From: Hamiltosporidium tvaerminnensis FI-OER-3-3
Taxonomy: Eukaryota > Fungi > Microsporidia
Reading direction: 5' to 3'
Length of the DNA stretch: 64,000 nucleotides
Assembly: GCA_022605425.2 (NCBI GenBank)
Contig: CM061255.1
Span: forward strand, 434,001 to 498,000
Made by a program: the position numbers and the translations under genes. The notes under the pieces are model-generated. The model was not told the DNA's origin, ran no database searches, and worked only from the letters and a program-made list of their open reading frames with translations. This document shows, in pieces, positions 47,178 through 56,840 of this stretch (positions are counted from its first letter, which is position 1; every line of letters begins with the position of its first letter).

Positions 47178-47824
47178 TTATTCTTCCCTTCTTTCACTAC
47201 TTCTCTTTCCATATTTTCTTTTATGAAACGGTCTTTTAGCATAAGCAGGTGAAACAGATAACTTATGTTCAGTTCCAATTTCTTTTCCGTTAAATTCTTT
47301 AAAAAAATTATCTTTGGTTTCTTCATCAGTGAACTCAGCAAAAACATACCCGGCTTTTGTACCTGAGGGTGCGATAATAGAACAAGATTTACCAAAAAGA
47401 TTAGAAAGACTTTCTTCTGACATGTCAGAAGGAAACCCAGCAACATATAACTTATTCTGAACAATTCTAGAAGGATCTTCTTTAGGTTTAGAGGGTAAAG
47501 AAGACTTCTTGGCATAAGAAAGTACAACTTTCTTACCATTCAACTCTACTTCTCCACTTTCTACTGCTTTTATAGCAGCATTGTTGTCAGAATATTCGAT
47601 AAATCCTAATTTCATTTTTCTGTCGTCTCGAATACGAGTACTTATTGATAATCCACGTCTAAAGTTAGTATCAGACTAAAAGTCATCATTCTCAGTCACA
47701 CGGACCAAGATTTTATCATCACTTACAGTTCACCATATTTTGAAAAAGTGTCCAATAAAAGCTGGAGTGTCACTTTATCTTCGATATCTTTCAAAACAAC
47801 TATTCTGCTTTTTCTTAAAGTCAT
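47178..47824 (-). CDS. Two-RRM RNA-binding protein, 192 aa, two exons (47824-47727 and 47658-47178)
   Basis: Exon 1 (MTLRKSRIVVLKDIEDKVTLQLLLDTFSKYGEL) joins in frame to RGLSISTRIRDDRKMKLGFIEY..., completing RRM1. RRM2 has KLYVAGFP and GYVFAEF. Start context TACCCCATCAAATG. Confidence 0.9.
47659..47726 (-). other. Spliceosomal intron, 68 nt, phase 2
   Basis: 5' GTAAGT, branch point TACTAAC (47670-47664), 3' TTTAG. Removing it restores the reading frame. Confidence 0.93.
47671..47722 (-). ncRNA. Intronic box C/D snoRNA, U18/snR18-like guide for LSU rRNA 2'-O-methylation
   Basis: Box C GTGATGA (47722-47716), guide TCTTGGTCCGTGT (47710-47698), D' CTGA (47695-47692), C' ATGATGA (47689-47683), D CTGA (47674-47671). 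The guide is antisense to the conserved LSU sequence ACACGGACCAAG. Confidence 0.85.
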
Positions 47825-48106
47825 TTGATGGGGTAATTTTATAAAAAATTAAAAAAGGAAAGAAAAATTAAAAAATGGGGGGGAGGTATAAGGGGGTAAT
47901 ATAAGGGATTATATATGTAGCTTAATATAAGAGGATAATTGGAATAATATAAATGGGTAATAAGGGATATTATAAGAGAGGGTAATAAGAGGATAATAAG
48001 GGATATTATAAGAGGGTAATATAAGAGAGGGTAATATAGAATAAGATATAGAGTGTTTTAAGTAAGAGACATATATGGGGTATAAAGATAGTCTTGTTAA
48101 CTAATA

Positions 48107-48830
48107 TTTTATTTAAAAATATCAAATCTTTTTTAAAACAGTAGCAAGTGTTATATTTGTTTTCATGACATTAACGCAGTTCTAGGTTTAACATAAGTAA
48201 GTGTTACCTCAGGAATCCATCAGTGTCACTTGAAATACTTATATTCCAAAGCCTTTCATCTACCAGGTGTGTAGAACCTAATTACTAGGCGATTCAGTTG
48301 CCCGGAGTTCGTTTATGCCCGTTGTATAGAGTGTGATCGAAGGCAGAATCCCCCCGGGCACCCCCAAGACTATGCAGCATTCCCACTTACTCTACACTTT
48401 CGAACCCAATAAACTTCTAACTATGATATATTTCAGAGATTTACATGGGGTCCACCTAGACAGTGCAATGTCATACCAACAGGTATAACCTGCTACTTAG
48501 CTCTCCCGGCTTTAAATGATTTTTATTTTTATATCTCCCAGGCGCTAAGTCTTCTAACCGAGTGAGCAAGGCTAGATTTCCATGCTTTTACATGGCAATT
48601 ACCTACAAGTTCAGCTGCGGTCTGCAATCTGGTTACATAAAAAACTACAAATAAATTTGTAGAAAAAGTTTCTTCATTTCGAGACCTCTCCTCCTCATAA
48701 CAATTCCGATTGAACAACCAAAGATGTAGTGTGGTTTTATTCCCACCAAAAATCCAAACAATGACCTCACACCAGTTTGACACACTCATTGCCAAGCAGA
48801 AAGTTTTTTATGTGGTTATCTTCCCTCCAC
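48107..48830 (-). mobile_element. ~730-bp repeat, copy G
   Basis: Full length and colinear with copies A and F. Possible imperfect TSD TTAA(C/T)TAATATT on both sides. Confidence 0.92.
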
Positions 48831-48911
48831 CATTAATTAATATTAAAAATATGTTATTATAAGTACTTTATAGGTGTTAAAACATAAAAAATAAATTTCA
48901 AAACATATTTT

Positions 48912-49051
48912 TAAAATTAAGGGTAAAAAAATAAGATTGGAGAGAAGGGAAGAATGTAAATGAATATTTAATAAAACATTTAAAAAATTAAGGGTAAAAA
49001 AATAAGAGTGGAGAGAAGGGAAGAATGTAAATGAATATTTAATAAAATATT
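48912..49051 (+). repeat. 71-bp tandem duplication directly upstream of the LINE ATG
   Basis: AAAATTAAGGGTAAAAAAATAAGA(T/G)TGGAGAGAAGGGAAGAATGTAAATGAATATTTAATAAAA occurs twice (GGGT at 48921 and 48992). Confidence 0.9.
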
Positions 49052-52000
49052 ATGGGTAGAAAGAAAAATATTAGCAGCGAAATATCGAATAATACCAAAA
49101 TAAAGGCTGCAAACGACGCTGATGAGGTGAAGAAGAGTGATAGTGAGGTACAAAAATGTAAGCTACACCCACCGGCGATTTCCCTACCTTCCTCCTCCTA
49201 CACAACAATAACACCTCTACCACCAAGCCAAACATGCAGTAAAATGCAAAATAGTGGGCTTAACACCTTACCTTCGCCTAATGCACCAGTTCCCTCTTCG
49301 GTTGAAGTCTCTGCGTGCGAGCCATCGTACGACATGACAAGCCGCTGTACTCTAGCTATTCCGGAAGGTAACAGGCTAATGGCATTGTGGACGATATTCG
49401 ATTCCGTAACAGCCGACTCGAAGGAATGGCCTCGAATTGTTTTTTTTGCAGTACAGACAAGGTTTGAAAGAATGCCAAGAAATGGCTGGACAGAGCTTCA
49501 CAGGTACCATAATGAGAAATTCGGCTGCACTGAAACTCTCGAAGTGTTAAAAAAATTGGCACAAAGTGAGATGGGAAAGGAAGTAAAATCAGAAGAGAAT
49601 GGAGAGCGACGTAGAATCGCCACTTGTCTCTCTGATACATGCACCTTGACCGATACCACGGAGTACATAAACCTGAGAGATAAATTCTTGAATAAAGTCA
49701 AAGAAATCTCGGAGAACGAAATTGGAAAAGTGGTGGTCCGAACTAGAAAACATCCAAATGAATTGGTGATAGTAAAGTTCTGGATCTCATTAATCGAGTA
49801 GTCGGTGAATATGCGAGAGCTCATGTACCTGAGTCAATTACGGAAGCCGCGTATATCATGCAAGCTGCGCAGATATGCTATGATGAGGCAACACGTAAAG
49901 AAAAGCCTAGATCCGCTTGGAAGGAAAACATAGAAAGTAAAATTTCTAAGCTAGTACTTTCCAAAGATCTTCTCGAGAAGGCTCGTAAGCAGGAAAAGCT
50001 CTCCACTTCGGAAACGAAGAGCCTTAAGAAAATCATGCGAGAGTTTAATTTAAACTTGAGCAGTGTAACTGATCTTTCTGAGGCTTTAGTTAAGAAGAAT
50101 GAGTCTTTGAATGTTTATGAGAAAAAAATTGCGATGCATGAAAGTAGGAAGCAATTCCGAAAGAAGAATCGTATGTTTGAGCTTTTCAGAGGTCGATGTT
50201 ATCGTGGGTTATCTGAGCGTGTAGAATCCGAGCATGTGGTTAGTCGTGATGAAATTTTGAGTTTTTGGTCTACAATGTGGAACAAAAATGATGACACAGT
50301 CACGTATGATGATTATTTGATTCCATTTGTACCAGATAATCATCCAACCACGTTTCCTTTACTTGATGAATTTGTAAGTATCATTAATTGGCTTTCCAAT
50401 TGGAAAGCTGCTGGAATTGATGGTATTTAGAATTTTTTCATTGAGAAACTTACAACTCTACACAAATATCTTTATGATATTGTGAAAGTTATATGTTTAG
50501 AAGGAAAATCTCAAGCTGATTGGTTTTACTGCGGGCTTACCTATTTGATACCCAAAGGAATTCCACGAAGAGGCTCTGACTACAGGCCAATCACTTGTAT
50601 GTCCAACCTCTATAAGTTAACGACTAAGTGTGTAACGAAAGTTGTTTCAACTTGAAGTGGAAAGGCGAGGGTTGCTTGCAGAGAACCAATTAGGGGCGGT
50701 AAGAGGTGTGCAGGGAGCGAAAGAGCAGGCTCTACTGAATATTGCCTTAAATAAAGAGTATGGAAATAATCTTAAGGCAACATGGATTGATGTTAAAAAA
50801 GCTTATGATTCAATTGACTATGCTTATTTAACTCAATACATTAAAAACCTTAATTTACCTGATTGGATCCTGAAATTTATTGAGGTAATTATATCAAAAT
50901 GGAAAATTGATATATCAGTAGGGCCTGAAAAAATCATGAGCAAGAAGATTGATAGAGGGATTCTACAAGGAGATAGTTTGTCACCTTTGTTATTCGTGTT
51001 GTGTATGGATCCATTAAGCCGAAAGCTTAATGAAAAATACACAAAAGTGACAGTACAAACAGATGCAGAATCCCATTCTACTAATCATCTCTTGTTTATT
51101 GATGATCTTAAGCTCCTTGCAAAAGACAGCTCCACATTGAGTGCTATGACAGGCGAGGAAAAGGAATTTTTAGAGGTGATTGGCTTAGAGATTAACAAAG
51201 AGAAGTCAGCCACAAATGATAAGTGTTGTGAAGATACTGCTACTCTTCTAGAAGGTGTTAGTGTTTACAAATATTTAGGAATAATAGAAGATAGCAGAAG
51301 AATTCCAACACGTAGCTCATTTTAAGAAGTACAGAGCAAACTTATATCAAGAGTTGAAAGACTTTGTCACACTAGATTAAATGCAAAAAATTTATTTTCT
51401 GCAATCAATCAACATGCGATATCGTTAATCAACTACCACATAGGAGTACTTCGACTTGAACCGGCTGACTTCTCTAAGTTAGATGATGCAGTGCGTGCGG
51501 TGTTGGTGAAGAATAAGATACATCTCCGCCCAGGATGTAAAGAGCGTTTATACCTTCCTAGAACAGAACTTGGAAGAGGCCTACATAGTGTTGAGTTGCG
51601 AAGCGAACATATGCTTCTGCAACTCTTGGATTGTCTCGAAAAAAGTAAAGAAATATCAACTAGACGAGCAGCAATCCTCAAGGTGGAAAATAATAATAAA
51701 ACCCATCTTGCACTAATAAAAGGCTTCTTAAAAGTAAAGTAAAGGTTGGTAGAAGAAGTCACTAAGAAAAGTTTAGAAGAAGCCCAACTTGCAAAACTAT
51801 ATAACGAAATAGAAAAACGAAAACTCCATTCAAAGTTATATAATGCAAGAAAAAATGAGCTTGTGAGTGTTAGTGACTCTTCAAGGTGGTTAAAGAGAGG
51901 AAATATTAGGCCACGAAATGAAGCTGTGTTCTGCTATATCCAGGATAGAAATGTATTCTGGGGAGCAGATGGTATGTGTCAACATTGCGGGAAGTCTGGT

Positions 52001-52857
52001 AAGACTGTAGATCATCTAGCAACTCGATGTGAAAAAATGCTAGGTCATAATTACACTAGACGGCATAATGAAGTGGTTAGATGCCTACACTTACTTCTCT
52101 TGAATAGATATAAGTTTAAGTCTTCAAAACGAATTAGGAGTCACTCAGTTCAAGAAATTCTTGATAATGAGTATGCAGAGATAAGAGTGGACACCAGAAT
52201 TAAAACTGATGTTAAAATTCGGAATAACAGACCGGACATATTTATTTTAGATAAGAAGAAGAATAAGATAACACTCATTGAAGTAGGAATCACTTCCCAA
52301 GATTCACTTCAAATAGTTGAAACTGAAAAACTTAGGAAGTATGACCTGCTAGCCAATGAGTTGGGCCTTATTTATAAGTGTAGTGTTGAGATAATCCCTT
52401 ATATGATGACCTGGGACGGTATTGTGACAAAATACCATAAATCTCATATTAAAAGACTAGAAATACCCATGAATGTAGAGGCATACATTCAGTCTATAGT
52501 ACTTAAGAAAACAGTCGAAACAATTTCCTTTGATCGACGAAGAGGACTTGAGTAAGGACTAAATGCCGAAGAGAGCTGGGAGAGAGCGTCAATGGGTGTT
52601 ATTATGAGATCAGAGATGCATGAGGAACCAATACCCCCTTTAAAAGAATCGAAAACAGAGGAAGATGGTGAAAAAAAATTTAAACCAAAAAATAAAGCAC
52701 CCCTCATTTCACAAGGAGGAACCACTTTAGAGGAACCGACCAATAACATAAATGAAGAGTCTGATTTGGAAGAATAGACAGCAGTGGTTAAAGAGGCAGA
52801 AGAAAACATAAAAAAAATTGTAAAAATATTTTAACGCAGAATTTTATTAAATAAAAT
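49007..52857 (+). mobile_element. Non-LTR retrotransposon with RT and restriction-like endonuclease (R4/R2-like RLE group), inactivated
   Basis: WKAAGIDG, DYRPITC, WIDVKKAYDS, GILQGDSLSPLLF and HLLFIDDLKL; CCHC knuckle CQHC..TVDHLATRC; RHNEV, RPDI, LIEVGI, KLRKYDLLA. Stops at 50428, 51323, 51740 and 52553 plus frameshifts. Termini are approximate. Confidence 0.93.
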
Positions 52858-53870
52858 CTTTTCTTAACTATAATATTGCATCTCTGTACGAAAAATGCTT
52901 ATATCAGGCTTATATTATCGATTTCGGCTAGTTTTATATCTATTTAGTTAATCCTAATCCATCCTTAGTTCAAAGGTTTCTATTCTTACGTAATGTTCCA
53001 GCCTCGTTCAAATTAATATTTTACTCAGGCGGAAATCTTTTAACTAGATACCAAAGTATATTGCAAGAATTCAAATGACGCATAGAGGTCTTAATTTATT
53101 CTTATTCTAATGTGATGATAAAATTAAACGAATACTTTGTGAATGCGGTTTAAATCTTTAAAACTCGAAATTACATTATTTTGATTTTAAACCTTACAAT
53201 TAGAAAAAATCCTTTTCTAGATTTTTTACTTTTAAATTTTAAACAGTTAAAATAGTTTCTATTAAAAAAATACGATTTTACTCTTCAAATATGTTTTCGA
53301 AAAATAAATTTTATCAAATTTATTTCAAAGGAAAACTTTTAAATCTGCCTGTTTGATACTTTAATAAAATTTAAACGTAAATTAAATTAAAAATTTAAAT
53401 TAATAACAATTAAATAGGTTAGTCAAAAAAAGATTCTAACAGTAAATTTTCAATAAAAAAAACATTAATATTTTTTTTTGTATAATTCAAATATTTATCC
53501 TCCATCTAAAATTCCTTTGAACAGAAAATTGGACAAATATATTTTCTGGGTCGTATTGTACTTTTAAAAAATATATTTTTATAACAGAATCTATACTAGT
53601 TAACTATATTTTATATTGAAATCATGTTTTCGTTTATTTTTAAAGCTTTTAATTTAATTTGTTCGGTCATATTTCTCTCTTTGTTTAGTCTCTTTATGGA
53701 ATATTGGGATATAAAAAGATTTCTTACGAGAAAATCCCATGAAATAAATAAATTTTACTTTTTAATGATTATATTAAATAATTTTATTAATTTCTTATTT
53801 GAAAATAAATAATGATATTGTTACTCTTACTAAATCAAAATTTAAAAAAATAGTTATTTTAAATTATATA

Positions 53871-55620
53871 CACCCTCTGTCCGGAAATATGGTATATATT
53901 TTAGCGATTTTTTTGTCCTGAAATATGGTATACATTTGCGAAACAATAAAATATTCAAAAAATGTAGATGACAAGTTTATTATATTACCTTTTTCGAACG
54001 TTTTAATAAATATTAATGTAAATATTAAATAAAATTTAAAAAAAATATATATTAAAATTAATAATTCATTCAAAATTTGATTTGCTTTAACGTATTCTTC
54101 TTTGGAACATACATATTTTTCTAGCAGTCGACCTTTGCGACGAAGTTTTCCTTTACATAAATGCAGTATTTTATACCCATTTCCGCCATCTGCTAACATA
54201 ATTGACTCCATACATGCTTGCAATGTTGTAAAAACGTTATCAAGAGTATTCGCTTCTAATTGAGGAAATGCATCTTAAACACAATTTATTAATTCGTCAA
54301 TTGTGTGTGGCGAAGCTTCATATTGCAGCGATTGTATGGAGTTGAAAAAACCTAAATCAAGAACATTTAAATAGAAGCTATTTGCCGGTTGCGCCTTAAA
54401 TTTAATATTCCAGTCATCAGCAGAAGCAAGAGCGACAATATCTGCATCATTATCAGAAAAATGGGGTTTTGCATTGTCTTGTTGTACGTAAATTGTTTTC
54501 TTTTTGTATGCTGGCGGAAATTTAGATTTAATTGCGAGAATTACATTATCAATGATCATGTTTTTGCAATGTACTGCTCTAACAGATATACGATTTTTTG
54601 TTATCTTTCTCTTTAGCCCTATTCTTAGAATTTACTTGAGTTGGTTCTTAATAAACAAATGGCCATATTCCAATTTTCCCATCAAAATGAAGCCTTAGAT
54701 GTGCATCATAGCGTGCCCGAGCTACTGCAGCCATGAACATTATTTTCGTAAAAAATTACATACTTTTGCAGTTTCTCTCCGGTTTTTCTTCGTTTAACAT
54801 TAATTTATAAGAGCGCTTAACTTTAGTTAGATAAAACCACTTTTTATTAACGTGAACGTAGTCGTACAAATCATCAAAAAGCAAATCTCCATTATTAGCA
54901 AGATTTTCTTTAGACAAGCAAAATTTCAATCTGTCCATTTTATTTTTATCTGTTAAAGTTGGTTTAACTGTAGAAGATATTCTCTTGATATACTTTCCCG
55001 ACTTGAATATATCAAACAAAGTCTATTTGGAATATCAATTACAAAGTAAAGACTGCGGGGCGTTCCTCGACGATTTAATGGTGTATTCTTTATTTGCGCT
55101 AAATTGTTCAAATATTCTTTAGGTTTTCTTCGTCATCTTTTTTTCTTTTTTGAAGAAACATCGGCATATATCTTGCCCTTTCTGTATTAAGTTTGGGCTG
55201 CATGCCAAATTCTGCTAAATTTTAGCCGGGAAACTTGAAAGGCAGAAAAAACTTCGTTTGGGGCACCGTGATTTAACTTATTCTCCTTAATCTGCTGTAA
55301 TAATTTTTCTAGAATACCTTGACGTTGTTCTTTGGGTAACTCTTTATATTTTGAATCTCTTTTTTCTAAATTCAACAAATTTCCTTCCACATTTTCCATA
55401 TTCGTCTTGTAGCGGTACTAATTTTTTTTACCTTAAGAAACACTGATTTTTGAGCGGTAACTTTTTAACTAAGAATGATATTACTAAAGTCAAATATTTT
55501 AGGTTATATTGTCATGAATATTTACTATGACAATATCATGACGGTTGCCTATTTATTTTTTATATTCACGATAATCTACGGTTTTTTTGAAATGTATACC
55601 ATATTTCCGGACAGAGGGAG
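53871..55620 (-). mobile_element. Tc1/mariner DNA transposon, DD39D family, full length with decayed transposase
   Basis: 31-bp TIRs (53871-53901 and 55590-55620, 2 mismatches; right TIR reads CTCCCTCTGTCCGG), flanked by TA on both sides. Transposase pieces HVNKKWFY and QQDNAKPH...QPANSFYLNVLDLGFFNSIQSLQ have 39 residues between D2 and D3. Confidence 0.95.
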
Positions 55621-56110
55621 TATAATTTATTTTTAGATTCTTAATTTTATAATGTAAATTAGAAAATCGATTTAATAATATCAAATCACAGATCAATAGA
55701 TGTTCAACTTATTGATTCTCAGATCAGTGAAAGTAAATTTGTAATTTCATGCTTCTTATAATTTGTTCTTTATTATTTAAACTTCTGGCGTTTGACAGAA
55801 ATTTTTTAAAGAAATATTTAAATTTTTATTTTATTTGTATTTTTCATTTCGCACAAAAATATTTTTGATTTCCAGAGACATTATATTTGTTTATACTTTC
55901 ATGAAATACGATGTTGAATTTGATATTTGCTAAAATATTATTTTGGATTTTAAATGACTGTTTTCAATAATTCAATATCGAATTTGAAATGCTCTTGTAT
56001 TAAAGCACCCTAATTTTACACTCATATACTCTATCGGTTAAGGTTAAGTATATGCATTAAATATTGAGCAATAAAATTTTGTTAAAATATTTCTATAAAA
56101 ACATTGTTAT

Positions 56111-56840
56111 GTGGAGGGAGGATAACCACATAAAAAACTTTGTGCTTGGCAATGAGTGTGTGAAACTGGTGTGAGGATCATTGTTTGGATTTTTGGTGGG
56201 AATAAAACCCCACCTCATCTTCGGTTGTTCTTTGTGAGTTTGTATAAGGAAGAGAAGGTCTACGAAATGACGAAATTTTTCTACAAATTTATTTGTAGTT
56301 TTTTATATAACTAGATTGCAGGCCGCAGCAGAAAATGTAGGCAATTGACATGTAAAAGCGTGGAAACCTAGCATTGCTCACTCGGGTTAGAAGACTTATC
56401 GCCTGTGATATATAAAAATCAAAACCATTAAAAGCCGGGAGAGCTAAAAGGCAGGTTATAGCTGTTGGTATGACATTGCACTGTCTAGGTGGACCCCATG
56501 TAAGTCTATGAAATATATCTTAGCTAGAATTTTATCGGGTTCGGAAAGTGTAGAGTAAGTAGGAATGCTGCATAGTCTTGGGGGAGCCCAGGGGGGCTTC
56601 GGCCTTCGATCACACTCCATGCAACGGACAGTAACGAACTCCGGGCAACTGCCTCGCCTATTAATTAGGTTCTATACACCTGATAGATGAAAGGCTTTGG
56701 AACCTAGGTATCGCAGGGGTTACCGATGGAGTGTTGGGGTAGCAGTTATTTATGTTAAACCTAGAACTGCATTAATGTCATGAAAACAAATATAAACTTG
56801 CCACTATTTTAAAAAGATGTGATACTTTTAAATAAAAAAA
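56111..56840 (+). mobile_element. ~730-bp repeat, copy H (defines the putative sense strand)
   Basis: Reverse complement of copies A, F and G. Begins GTGGAGGGAGGATAACCAC and ends TTTTAAATAAAAAAA. Possible 14-bp TSD ATAAAAA(C/A)ATTGTT. Confidence 0.92.

Noticed and set aside
56688-56706. Hammerhead-like CTGATAGA...GAAA in copy H
   Set aside because: There is no stem II between the core strands, and other copies read CTGGTAGA.
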